Positions 26,988 through 38,145 of a stretch of 64,000 nucleotides of DNA are shown here, one piece after another. A model generated the notes under the pieces. The model had not been told where the DNA came from. It did no database searches and was given only the letters and a program-made list of their open reading frames with translations. The position numbers and the translations under genes are program-made. This DNA comes from Hyaloraphidium curvatum SAG 235-1 (lineage: Eukaryota; Fungi; Monoblepharomycota), in assembly GCA_025558095.1 (NCBI GenBank), contig JAIVFI010000026.1, positions 62,001-126,000 of the forward strand, read 5' to 3'. Every line of letters starts with the position of its first letter. Position 1 is the stretch's first letter.

Positions 26988-28170
26988 TCACAGCTTTCCC
27001 TGCACGGGCGAGATCCGGTAGAACTTGAGCGCATTGTCGCGGAACAGCTTCTTCCGATCCTCGTACGACAGCCCCATCCTCCTGAACACGATCATATTGG
27101 CCCGCACGATCTCCCCCACACCCCCATTGGCCTTGTCCACAGGAAAGTTGGACGCCCAGATGCACCGGTCCACGCCGAACGTGCGCACGGTGTGCTCGAT
27201 GAGCTTGCCGAAGGTGCCGTTGGCGATGGTCCATCGGTCTGCGCCACCGGGCAGCTTGTGGTAGCCGAGGCCCAGGTGCGCCATCAAGCCGGAGAGCTTG
27301 GCGAACACGAGCGGACATCTCGCAAGCTCCTCCATGCCCTTGCTCCACGCCGCGAACTTGGCAGGGTCGTCGGCTGCCGGCCAAGCGTAAACCATCAAAC
27401 GTTCCGAAACTCCATACATCAGAACTCACCAATGTCGAGAGGCCCACCGAAGTGGTCAAGCACCATCCTGACTTTGGGAAACTTGCGAGCCAGCGCCGCC
27501 GCGTACGACAGCTGGTGCGAGTATGACCACAGCTCCAGCGAGATATCGTACTTTTCAAACAGGGGCATGCACTTCAGGAACCTCGGATTCTCGAACACGT
27601 TGGCGTCGCGGTGCGAGTTGAAGAACTTTCCACTCGGGTCGTGCGTCGCCGAGTAGCGGAGCCCGCGGAACGCCGGCGAGGCCTTGAAGTGCTCCGCGAT
27701 GCAGGCTTCAAATTCCTTCTCCCCGCGCATGAGATTGATGTGCCCGACGATGGCACGGGCGACGACGCCACCCGACGGGACGGTCGCGTTTTCGTGGACC
27801 CAGAGGGTCTCGTTGGCCTGCTTGACCGGGCCGCCCTCGAGCCACCCGCATTCCAGATAGACTGGAAGAGGATCAGCGTCATGTGAGGATGTTCTTAAGC
27901 GACAGAACTAACCTGTGCACTCCAGCTTGACACCAGCGTCGCTGTAGTCCTTCAGGATGTCCGCGACCAGGTAATCGCGATTGTTGTGCTCCATGGAGCC
28001 GAAGTTCTAATAATCAAGTCATTGGACCGTGGCTTCGGGTTTCTTTCGATCCTCCCCACGTTCAATTGGCCTGTCTGCATTAGCTCCGTAAAGTTCGGTC
28101 TGCGAGGATCTTTCGCGACCCAGAGGTGGTGGTGCGCGTCCACGATCCCGTAGTCGTCCAGCTGGTCCAT
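26988..28170 (-). CDS. Amidohydrolase_2 family (lactonase-like) enzyme, spliced
   Basis: IVDAHHHLW, VLDHFGGP, AKLSGL, FGVDRCIWASNFPVD. Confidence 0.85.
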
Positions 28171-28302
28171 TGTCGAACTTTGCCAGCTGCGCTGGCGAGG
28201 AAACAGCGGGGGAATGAAGAGGCTTCGGCCCGAATCGGTTCCCGGAAGCGCGCGAATGTGTAATGAGGAGCTAGCAATCCCACCGTACACTTAGAAATCC
28301 CC

Positions 28303-31300
28303 CTACGCCCCAAGAATCAGCTCCTCATCTACATTCAAACCAAAAGCGACCGGCGCGGGGGCCGGAGCGTTGACAGCGGCGGCTTCGGTGCACAGCTGAA
28401 GCCAGTGTTGGAGTTGGGCCGCGACGCCAAGAGCCCAGGCCACCGCGATCCGTTCGCGGAAGCGCCGCACAAAACGAGAGTAAAGGCCATCGAGGTCCAC
28501 GGGCTGCCCATCGCGGCCGACGATCCCGGGATACTGGATGCGCCCCATCTCCGAGGAGAAGCGCGAGAAAGTGGCAGAGACAGCGCTGTACGAATCAAAA
28601 GCAAGCACGATCAGAGGGTAGAAGTTGGCGTTGAAGACGAAACGGGAGTAGTCCTTCCTGGCGGCCTCGACCCGCCGTTCGACTGCGTGGCCCGGGACCG
28701 AGAAGACCAGGCCCGTGTGCAAATGGGCCATAGAGGTGAGGGTCTTGATCTCGAGCAACCACCGTTTCCGGGTTTCGCGGTGCGTGATGAGAATGTCGCC
28801 AAGGCGGCCAGCATCCGCAGGCGTGGGCGGGGTGACAGTCTCGTAGCCATGCGCAAGGAGGTTTGGCGGCATGGGGTGCACGCGGAGGAGCGGGATGGAG
28901 CGAAGCGCCGCGCGGATGGCCGCGCAAATGTCGTCGTGACCAGGACTGAAGAGATCCCGGCCATAGCAGCCCGAGAACGCGTGCTCCCCCGTCAGCGACA
29001 TGGCCGATCGCTTGCAGCCCCGCCGGCAGGGCAAGGAAAGACCAGGGTAGTCGGCCTCGTGCAGGAGCGGGAGGCAAAGCCGGAAGCGTACAAGTAAGCG
29101 GAAAAAGTTGTTGCGAATGTGGTTGGCAAGCAGCGCGGGAGAGGCAGTCAGGAAAGCCGACAGGCCGTCCTGCGCCTGGACGAGCCGCTTGCGGCGCTCC
29201 AGACCAGCGGAAGTGTCGGGTTGCAAGGCAATCAGAGCCGCGAGGCGGCGCTGGTCCTCGAGACGCGTAAGGTCGCTCTGCAGGCCGTGCCAGACCGGCT
29301 GAGCGAAGAAACTGGCGTCCGCAGGGAGCGTACGGCGGGCGGGCGCGGCGCCCACCGGTTGCCCAGCACGCGCAGCCTCGGCGTACGCTGCGGCCGTGTC
29401 ATCCTCGACACGCTCAAAGGCGGGGCGGAGGGCCTCGATGACGGGAACCAGTTCCCGCACGTGCTCCACGCCCACACCCCGGGCCGAGGTTCGAAGACCA
29501 AGCATGGCGTCCAAGGGGCCCGCCGTGAGGTTGAGTGAAGACAGGTAAGCCGCCGAGGCCACCTTCTCCGATGACAGAAGCCCCATCCCCGAGTAGTGCA
29601 GACCCAAGAATACCTGCTCCCGCACAGTCCGACCCTCCACCGACAGCGGATCCAGATCCTCGGCCCGATCTCCCAGCAAGCGCAAGAAGGTGGTGAAAAG
29701 CGCGTTGTCAAGACGTCGAGCAAAGGGTTGGGTAACCGAGGGGGGGAGAATGCGGAGCCAAAACGAGAAGAGCTGGGTCACACAGAGACGGAGGAGGGAG
29801 TACAGGCCCTGGAGGGAGGGGATGTCGGCCGGCATGGCGTAGCCGAGCGCGGCGCGCTCGATGTCATCGAGAAGAGCGGCAATGGAGTCGATCTTGGCCG
29901 CGAGGAACGACTCCACGTAGGCAGGGGTGCCGACCGGGGCGCCTACCACCTTGAGGCCGCACGAGCGAGCGAAGTCAGGCGAGCCCGGGGCCGACGCCGT
30001 GGCATGCACCTCGGGGTCGGCCTCGTGAGGCGGGAAGCCAGCGACGCGGATGTTGTGGGCCGCACCGGCCGCGCGCACCCGCTCCAGCACGGCCGGGTTC
30101 GTCGAGAGCGAAAACAGGTAGCTCTTGTCCGGGCGGTGGGTCATGCCGAGGGAAGAAAGGCCGTCACGCACCTCTCCCAGGACGGCCATGACCGAGTCCA
30201 GCGGCCCGACCACGGTGAGGTCGTCGAGGTACCCAAGGATGAGGCAGTCGGGGTGCCCAGAGCGGATGGGCCGCAGCATGCGGCTCATGGCGCAGGAGAA
30301 GATGGCAGACGACAGCGGGTCGCCCTGGATGTTGCCCTCGTACATGGTGATCCGGAAAAGGAGCTCCGCCGAGCGCCGGTCGCGGAAGTAGGCGTGGGAA
30401 GGGCGCGAGTAAACGAGGTTGTAGTACGGGATAAGCTGAGGCACCTGGCGGACCACCTCGCGCGCGAAGAGGCGGCGCAGCGTATTGAAGGCGTTCCTAG
30501 AGTCGACCTTCATGACGACGTGGTCGGGGAAGGCCGCCAGCCACGCGTTCACCGCGTGGGCGGTCGCCTCCGCGCCCCCGTCCACCCCGTGACCCAGGTC
30601 CTCCTGCTGTTGGAGCTTCCTCAGAAGAGCCTTGTGCCGCACGGCCAGGTACGAGCCCGCGAGCCGCGTGATGCCCTCCATAATGCCAATCGGCCGGAGC
30701 CCCCCCTCCGGCTTGAGCAGAGGGACGAGGATTTGATCCGTGAGGAGCGGCCGGAGCATGGGGGTGTCGAGTCGGCCAGTGCACACGCCGTGCACCATGG
30801 CCGCCAGCGGGCGGAGCTTCCGCCGCGTCGCGTCGTTCTCGCAGTTGTGCACGATGAAAAGTTTGGCCATGCTGAAACCCGACATGCCGGCCCCCACGCC
30901 GTCCTTCTTCCGGCGCAACCGGGCCCAGATGTCCTCCAGGAAAGCCGCGTCCGTGTAGGCAGGGCAGGGCGCGGGCGCGTTGGGGGGCAGAGACAGCCGA
31001 CACAGCGGCTCTCCCTCCCGCGGCCCCGGGTACAGCTCCTCCAGTTCCGCCTGAAGCGTGGGCGTGAAGCCAGCCGGAACGGCCTCCCCCGAGAGGGCCG
31101 CGGACGCAGCACCAGGAGCGCCCTTCAAGGCGGCAAGCACGATGGACTTGAAGAGCTGGTAGTTGAGCGGCCGCAGCCCGTCCCGCCGCGCGCCCCGGTT
31201 GACCTGACGGGCGGCGAAGTAGTTCTGCTCGTACATGTAGTCCCCCGACATGACGTAGCCGCCAAATGCAAGGTAGGCGGTGAGAGTGCGGTGCAGGTCG

Positions 31301-32214
31301 GTTTCCGGTGCCGCCGGGTCCTCGTAGGCCCGTTGGAAAGACTCGCTGGCCCGGAAGGCGAGCGTGCTCCAGGTGGTGGTCCGGTAGCGGTGCTTCAGCG
31401 GCTCCGGCGGCGGCGCCCCCGCGCCCCCGCCCGGCGGCGGATCAGGCCCGGGACCCCCGGGTGGACCACCGTCGCCCGGGTCGCCCGGATCACCGCCGTT
31501 GCCGTGCCCGCCAGCCGCGGCGTTGCCGCCCGGCGCGCCGTCGCCGCCTGGGGGATCACCGCCGTCCGGGGCGGCACGCGCCGCCGCCGCCGCCGCCGCC
31601 AGCGCCGCCCGTTGCGCCTGGCCGTCCTGCGGGGCGTCGGCCGCAACCCGGGCGGCCGCAAGGGCCGCCATCAGCGCGGGCGCGGGTGGCGAAGCACGGG
31701 GAGATGCCGACGATGCCGCTGGTGACGCCGGTCCCTCCGCGCGTCCCGTGGCAGCCGCCCGCTCGGCACGCACGCGGTCGAGGAACTCGACGAGATCGGG
31801 TGGAAGCGAAGCTAAAGAGACGCCGAGTGGCGGGTTAGCTGCGTCCGGGTTGCACGAGGTGTGCTGTCCAGAAACACCGGCACCAGAGGCGTTTGCGGCG
31901 TAGGGACGCCGGCAACCCCCGCACCGCGCTAGCCCCATGGCGCGCAACGCATCGGCAGACAGGCGCTGCATCGCCAACCAGTGCTCCGGGCTCCGTGTGA
32001 CCCGAAGATGACCGTCCCGTTTGTTTTTGTTTGGAGTTGGCTGGAAGCGGCAACCATCAACCGGGCACGCATGGAGGCCGGGTTCAGCAGGCGCCTCCGC
32101 CATCGGCACATCGCCGTCGATGCAAGATTGGTGATGATGAGATAGAGCTCCGATGTTGGCGAAAGCTGCCGCGCAGCGGTGGCAGCTGTAAGGCAGGAGC
32201 GGCGTGCGGCTCAT
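28303..32214 (-). CDS. Zinc finger + reverse transcriptase + restriction-like endonuclease (1303 aa)
   Basis: N-terminal CxxC/H fingers; RT motifs LRPIGI, KVDSRNAFN, QGDPLS, YLDD; CCHC knuckle, GHD and GDI..LEIK; C-terminal RERIAVAW..G. Confidence 0.92.
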   Translation of the reverse strand: MSRTPLLPYSCHRCAAAFANIGALSHHHQSCIDGDVPMAEAPAEPGLHACPVDGCRFQPTPNKNKRDGHLRVTRSPEHWLAMQRLSADALRAMGLARCGGCRRPYAANASGAGVSGQHTSCNPDAANPPLGVSLASLPPDLVEFLDRVRAERAAATGRAEGPASPAASSASPRASPPAPALMAALAAARVAADAPQDGQAQRAALAAAAAAARAAPDGGDPPGGDGAPGGNAAAGGHGNGGDPGDPGDGGPPGGPGPDPPPGGGAGAPPPEPLKHRYRTTTWSTLAFRASESFQRAYEDPAAPETDLHRTLTAYLAFGGYVMSGDYMYEQNYFAARQVNRGARRDGLRPLNYQLFKSIVLAALKGAPGAASAALSGEAVPAGFTPTLQAELEELYPGPREGEPLCRLSLPPNAPAPCPAYTDAAFLEDIWARLRRKKDGVGAGMSGFSMAKLFIVHNCENDATRRKLRPLAAMVHGVCTGRLDTPMLRPLLTDQILVPLLKPEGGLRPIGIMEGITRLAGSYLAVRHKALLRKLQQQEDLGHGVDGGAEATAHAVNAWLAAFPDHVVMKVDSRNAFNTLRRLFAREVVRQVPQLIPYYNLVYSRPSHAYFRDRRSAELLFRITMYEGNIQGDPLSSAIFSCAMSRMLRPIRSGHPDCLILGYLDDLTVVGPLDSVMAVLGEVRDGLSSLGMTHRPDKSYLFSLSTNPAVLERVRAAGAAHNIRVAGFPPHEADPEVHATASAPGSPDFARSCGLKVVGAPVGTPAYVESFLAAKIDSIAALLDDIERAALGYAMPADIPSLQGLYSLLRLCVTQLFSFWLRILPPSVTQPFARRLDNALFTTFLRLLGDRAEDLDPLSVEGRTVREQVFLGLHYSGMGLLSSEKVASAAYLSSLNLTAGPLDAMLGLRTSARGVGVEHVRELVPVIEALRPAFERVEDDTAAAYAEAARAGQPVGAAPARRTLPADASFFAQPVWHGLQSDLTRLEDQRRLAALIALQPDTSAGLERRKRLVQAQDGLSAFLTASPALLANHIRNNFFRLLVRFRLCLPLLHEADYPGLSLPCRRGCKRSAMSLTGEHAFSGCYGRDLFSPGHDDICAAIRAALRSIPLLRVHPMPPNLLAHGYETVTPPTPADAGRLGDILITHRETRKRWLLEIKTLTSMAHLHTGLVFSVPGHAVERRVEAARKDYSRFVFNANFYPLIVLAFDSYSAVSATFSRFSSEMGRIQYPGIVGRDGQPVDLDGLYSRFVRRFRERIAVAWALGVAAQLQHWLQLCTEAAAVNAPAPAPVAFGLNVDEELILGA

Positions 32215-32686
32215 GGCGAATACGGTGGCGGCGGCGATGCCGGTGTCCCGCCGCCAGGATCAGCTACCGCGGACGGTGCCTTGTCCGACGAGATCTCCCA
32301 ATCGTCGAGCGCATGTGTCCGCATCCAAACCTCCTGTGACTCGGTCAGGTCGCCCCCCGCCCTGTGCCAGGCCGCAAGCGCCGACCACGCGTCACCGATA
32401 GCATCACGGCCGCCGTCATCGAGGAGCTCGGAACCTGGCCATTCGAGGTGCGCCGGCGAACCGGGCTCCGTGTGAGCATACCAAGGAGGCAAGGTGCGCG
32501 TCGGAGTGGATACTTCCGAGGAGCTCTGCCCCCCCCCGGCCGTTGGTGCCGGCGGCGTGCCGGGGGTTGTGCGGGGCGGCGCAGGCGGCAGCTGCAAGCT
32601 CGGCACGGCGGTTGCAGCTGGGGTTTCCCACGGAGGATGGCCTGGGTGCGCCGAGAGCATGGAAGCGGCCGAAGCCGGGGCATCAG
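32211..32686 (-). CDS. Truncated upstream ORF (putative ORF1) of the retroelement
   Basis: Open frame whose TGA overlaps the RT ATG (ATGA at 32211-32214); cut at the transposon TIR. Confidence 0.45.
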
Positions 32687-33105
32687 CCCTATGAGAAAGG
32701 AAATGGGACATTCCAGGGGAAATGAATGGGCTGGACATGGGCTGGACATGGGGTGAACATGGGGTCCGACATGGGCCGGACATGGGGCCCGACATGGGAA
32801 TTCCAGTGGTCCGAGGTCGGTCAACATGGGAATCTGAGATAGGGAACATGGGAATTTCCTTGGTGGGGGAAAGGACCAGGGCCCGAGAATGGGGCCCAAA
32901 ATGGGAAAGTCTTTGTGCATCGCATGGGATGCCTGTGTGCAACATGGGATCGTGGCATGGGAAGGCGGTATCCCACATGGGTTAAACATGGGAACCGCGG
33001 TGTGCGACATGGGAAAGCCTTTTCTGACATTGGTCTTGACATGGGAACAATGGTCGGCATCGGGCGCCGAAAACGTTTGCCCGGTCCTTTTATTTGGCCC
33101 CATGA
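32687..33105 (+). repeat. Left TIR plus subterminal (A)CATGGG array
   Basis: About 15 CATGGG copies, many spaced about 11 bp apart. Confidence 0.9.
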
Positions 33106-33202
33106 CTTTTGACACCCCGCCAGCACTCCCAATAGACATCTGCCAGACTACTGATCGTTCTCCGTTTCGCTTCCGTAATTCCTCTGCTAAGTATCCACTT
33201 GA

Positions 33203-33268
33203 TGTCTGCTTCAGATCCGTATGTTGTCTGCTTCAGATCCGCATGTCGTCTGCTTCAGATCCGCATGC
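33203..33268. repeat. Three tandem ~22-bp repeats (core GTCTGCTTCAGATCCGYATG)
   Basis: Directly visible in the sequence. Confidence 0.85.
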
Positions 33269-33354
33269 GATCCGCTGTCAATGCACCTTTGCTCGGGCAG
33301 TACGCGTCCAAGCCTACCTACCCATGCTCCCGCCGCACGTGCCTGTGGTTGTCC

Positions 33355-36300
33355 CTAGAGCCCCGAAAAGGTTCCATTGAACCGGTTCGAACGCTGCGGG
33401 AGACGCTCAGGAGGGTCTGGCTGGGAAAAGTAGTCGGTGATGCTGTTCTGCTGGCCTGTTGGAAGGTGGCAATCAGCGTCCAGTCGCGCGTAGCCAGCGT
33501 ACGCACTGTTTCCGCGTGAATCAGCGTTCTCCTTCCCGCGTCCTCCCTTGTCTGCCATCGACTTGCCTGCCGTCGACTTGACCGCCGGCTTCTTGTTCGC
33601 GGTGGAGCCGGTCTTCTTGGTATTGCGCGGCTTCTTGGTTGTAGCTTGGCCGGAAGGAGAGGGGAGGTTGTCAGCAACTTGACCAGCACCCGAGTTTGCA
33701 ACCTACCAGCGTCAACGGTAGCTCCACGACGGCGTACTCGTGGGCCATGTGACTCGCCCAAGTTTGCGCCGAGCACGGATTCGGAGTCTTCGGCAGAGGA
33801 TTCCTCGCTCTCGTCGGGCGAATCGTTGCTGCTGCTGTCCGAGCGCTCTAGAGAACGGAAGAGGCGCCATCAGTCAAGAACTTGCGATCGGCCGCAGACG
33901 CACGGGTAGCTGGTGATGGACCATCGACCGGGTCATCCGATGCGGCCTGAGATACCAATGCTCGCGGCGAGGAGCTGCGTGGAGGGCTCGGAGAAGGTCC
34001 CCCGCGAATCAGTCGAATGACGTCGTCGGTACTCCGCGGGCTGTTCGCCAGGACCCAAGGAAACAGCTTGATGATGAGCTGCGCGAGGGGTTGGATGGAA
34101 TCAAATGTCGACGACGACGACGCGCCCGATGCCACAGTCCCAGACAGAGAATCCAGCTTGCCGGATTTCGCCAGGTAAACGATTCTGCCGGCCGAAACCC
34201 GGAAATGGTTTACGTCGAGATCGTCTGCTTGCGTGGAACGCGGTGTCATTTATCGGGATTGGTGCGGTGGCGGCACCTACCTCCGTCGATGAAGTTCGAA
34301 ACGAACTCCTCGCGCGAGATGCCAGCGCAAGCCTCCCAGTACAATGGATCCTCCGTTGGCGGATGAGGCTTGGTTTTCGTAGTCTGGTAGACCTTGGCCG
34401 GCGCCACTTCAGCGGCGTCGACTTCGCGGATGTCTGAGTCGGGCTCGCGGGGCAGTGGTGGGGCGCCGGCTGCGGAGATCCCCGAACCAGACGCCACCTT
34501 CACCGGCTTCTGTGAGATCGGCTTCTGCGCGGGCAGCTTCTGCGGGAGGAGCGGGGGCTTGGCGGCTGCTGCGGGTTCCGGCGTGGCTGCTGGCTTTGGT
34601 GCGGCTGCGGTGGCCTTGGGCGCGGTTGCGGGCTTGGACGCGGCTGCTGCGGGCTTGGGCACTGCTGCAGTGGACTTGGGCGCGGCTACTGCGGGCTTGG
34701 GCACGGCTGCGGTGGACTTGGGGGCGCCTGCTGCGGGCTTGGGCACGGCTGCGGTGGACTTGGGGGCGCCTGCTGCGGGCTTGGGCACGGCTGCACTGGC
34801 CTCCCTGGACTTGGGTGCGGCTGCTGCGGGCTTGGGCACGGCTGCTGCTGCGGTGGACTCGGGCGCGGTTGCGTGCTTGCGCACGGGTGCGGGCTTGGCA
34901 ACGGCTGCGGGCTTGGCAACGGCTGCGGGCATGGCGACAGTTGCGGGCTGGGGTGCGGCTTTGGCTAATGACGAGCAATGAGAACGGACGGTGCGTGCCG
35001 ATCGCGTGCTCGCTGCAAGCAAAGACCCACATTTCTTCTTCTCGATCTTCTTGAGGCGCATCTGCTCGTCGCTGTCCAAGCGCGGGGGCGGGAAAGGCGT
35101 ATCCAAAGCCGACGGCTGTGGGTCGCCGTCCACAGCAGGATCCTGCTGCTGGTCCTTCTCCTGGTCCTTGACTGGGAAGCAATTGGTGAGAGGTGCACAC
35201 AGGCTCTGCGGTCACAGCGAAGTCACGCACTTGCCTTCGCCACGCCCCTGCGTTGCGTCGAGTAGATCACTGCCAGGATCCAGGCGTCCTCGTAGAATGC
35301 CAAATACGGGAAGCTCTTGATCATCTGCAGCGAGAACGATCGAATGATCAGTCCGCATCCATATGGCCAAGTCCGCCTGCACTGGGTTCACGTACGTTTC
35401 CGACGTAGGTCTGGAAGCGGTTCTTGTAGAGAACAACCTTCGGCCCCGCGCCGCTGATCTTCATGTGTTTCATTTGTGGAAGATTGCCGTCTTCGTCCCG
35501 CAAGTCATTGAAGAGGTTTCCGATTTCGTCCCGCGAAACCTGCTGCGGTGGCATCAGTCAGAAGACTGCGCAAAGACCGAGCAGCCTCCATCGCATAACG
35601 CACCATCACAGCCTTGATGTTGAAGACGAATGCTGCCTTCTCGTCCTCGTCGAGGCACGCGAAAAACATCCACGCTCCAATTGCAATCCATTGGTCCTTG
35701 CACGGCACATACCCAGTATCAGTGCCGTTCTCTCTGCCGTCTTTGGGCGCAGATCGCGTCTTGTACCGCGGCTTGGCGATGTAGCCCTTCAGCTCGGCCA
35801 AGTCGGGTGTCGGATGGAAAGCTGCAAAGATGTCTTGGATCATGACCAGCGTTTCCCCCTGCTTCTCCGTGTCCTCCTTTGCACTCGCTTTCCGGAGCGT
35901 GAAGAAGTCGGGCCAGATGATTCCCTCGGCGGTGACTGATACGGGGACAGCGACGTCAGCAGTTGTGACAGCGAAAACACGCGGGGTCTCACACTGCGGC
36001 TCCATGCTCGAGGGTGCGTCCTCCACCATTTGGGCGGTGACCACGGCCTGTCTAGCGAACGGATACATGGTTGCGGCGCCGCTGTAGCGCGGTGAGGTGA
36101 AGGGGAGCGGGTCTTGGGAGCCGGCCACGGAATCCGACTCAGAGGAGGGTTTCCCCAGGCTTTCTGAGGACTCGGCGCGATTCCGGTACTCCCAAACGTC
36201 CACAAGCTTGACCATAATATCGAGCGCTTGTTCGGATGCGTGCTGGCCCAGCAGAGCGAATACCTCGTCGAAGGCGGCAAGCGCAGCAGCATGCTGCCCC

Positions 36301-36725
36301 AAAGCGAAGAGCTCTTTGTTTGTGACGAGATCCTCGGTGGCAGAGAAGGCCGCAGGCCAGTCTTCTGAATCAAAAGCTGACTGCAGGAGCTGGATCTTGC
36401 CCACAAGCGGGTCTGCCGGCACCCGTGGGTCCTCCCGGACGAGGGCACCGCAGCACTCCGCGAGATCCGCGAGGACCGTCTGGAGCTCGCTATCAAGAGC
36501 CCGGAAGACCTCGCAAAACGGCAGTGCAAATGCGCTTTGACCACCGAGCGCGAGCTCCGAGCCTCGGGTGAGCTCTGCAAGCTTAGCGGCGTGTGCGGCC
36601 TGTTTGGTGCCCCCGAGACGGATTGCCTTGAGAAGCGCCAAGCAGGGCTGGATCAGCGGCGCATGGGCCGGCGCGCCGCTGACTGCCGACGGCGCGCCGG
36701 AGGACGGTGATCCAGCGGCGGTCAT
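33355..36725 (-). CDS. Transposon accessory protein (multi-exon) with Ala/Pro/Lys repeats and a C-terminal PIP-box
   Basis: A chain of same-strand ORFs separated by intron-like segments; terminal exon QQNSITDYFSQP...GL*. Confidence 0.55.
34600..34930 (-). repeat. Coding minisatellite, 42-bp unit (AAVPKPAAGAPKST)
   Basis: Tandem GCGGGCTTGGGCACGGCTGCGGTGGACTTGGG... units. Confidence 0.85.
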
Positions 36726-37099
36726 TCCGGGATATGGATGTGTGGTCGCGCGGACGGTTTGCGCGACTCACGCCAAAGCGCCGCGCGCCAATTCGCCGAA
36801 TTCGGGATCCGTAAGAGGAAGTGCGGGAGGTGAAAGGCGTCCTTTCCGGCCAATCAAGTATGTCTACGTTCATCTCGCTTTGGATAAACGATTCGGGGGC
36901 CAGGTCCGTTTGCTAGCTGCCACTGGTCCACTTTGCATCTGCTTTCAGTCCACATTAGTTCTGTTTCGGTCGGACAAAGGAAAGACCGTCTACTTGCCAT
37001 TGCACGGTACGAAAAGACACCTAATCATCCTCGTACAAGTTGATCGCACGCGCAAGCGATCGTCCCTCATTCCTCGTTGCTTTCCGTCGCCCGCGAAAG

Positions 37100-38110
37100 C
37101 TAACAATACTGAGCCCTTTGGCATTTACCACCCGGAACGCCGGCTCCTCGAGGTCGACTTCGAAGCCCGGGAATAGCCAGCTTGTCTCGGCGGTAATTGT
37201 GACCTGGGAAAGGGGTTAGGAAACTTGCCGGGTGAGGCACCAACGCGCTATGACGTACTCGGAAGCAGTGGGTCGCGAATGAATCGTTGAACACGTAGTC
37301 GAGCCCAACCTCTACCTGCACCGGGGTCGCGTCGGGCGGGCGCTCGCGGGTGTCGTACTTGGCGACGAATTCGTTCGCGAGATGTAGAAGTGCGCCAGGG
37401 TATGTGACCATCCCAATCAAAGCGACCTCGGTCTCGTTGATCTCGACGATCTGGAAGTATTCGCGTCAATGCGGAGGTCCGCCGGTGCAAAGCAGGAAAC
37501 CCATAACCTTTTCGATGGTCATATGGTGCGTCAGCACGAGGCGAAAGAAGACTCGCCCGTCCGTCTCCTCGATGTTCGGTAGCCGGACAACGACCTTGGA
37601 TGGCAACGGCGGGTCCACGGGCTTGTCGAACTTGTCGATGGTGTACACGACCTTGCTGCTCGCGTCCAGAGCAACGTGATCGGTGATGTCGAGCGCCGCC
37701 GTCAGGAGCTCCGCCTTCGGGCGCCAAGTTGTCAGTCAAGCGGGCCGGGTCGTGATGCGCGGCCCACGGAGACATGCCTGCGACGGCGTGACAGCCCTTA
37801 TAGCACCACTCAGGGACATCTTCTGTTCCTTGGTCAGTTTCTCAGCGCTCTCCTGATGCGCCACGCGACTGGTCAAGAACGCCAGATCGATAGCAAGTGT
37901 CCCAACCAACCCTTCCGGTGCGCTCGACAACGCCGAAGTTCACCCTCCACGACCGGAGAATGTCCCGTGAGCTGATCCCGTGTGCCGACAGGAGGTGGGC
38001 GTGGAACTGGCTGGTTCCACTGTACCGCGTCTGGCAGCCGACCACGAAGCAAACGTGCTCCTCGACCCCATCTCCATCCCCGACCCCGTCCCCGTTGCCC
38101 CCGTCCCCGT

Positions 38111-38145
<35 letters not shown>

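Larger units (their letters stand above)
28303..32686 (-). mobile_element. CRE-like non-LTR retrotransposon, 5'-truncated by the DNA transposon
   Basis: An RT-RLE ORF preceded by a truncated upstream ORF. The 3' boundary is undefined (no poly-A seen). Confidence 0.8.

Noticed and set aside
37466-37468. Premature stop suggesting a cargo pseudogene
   Set aside because: The TGA lies inside a plausible intron (GTTATG...TTCCAG) whose removal keeps the frame.
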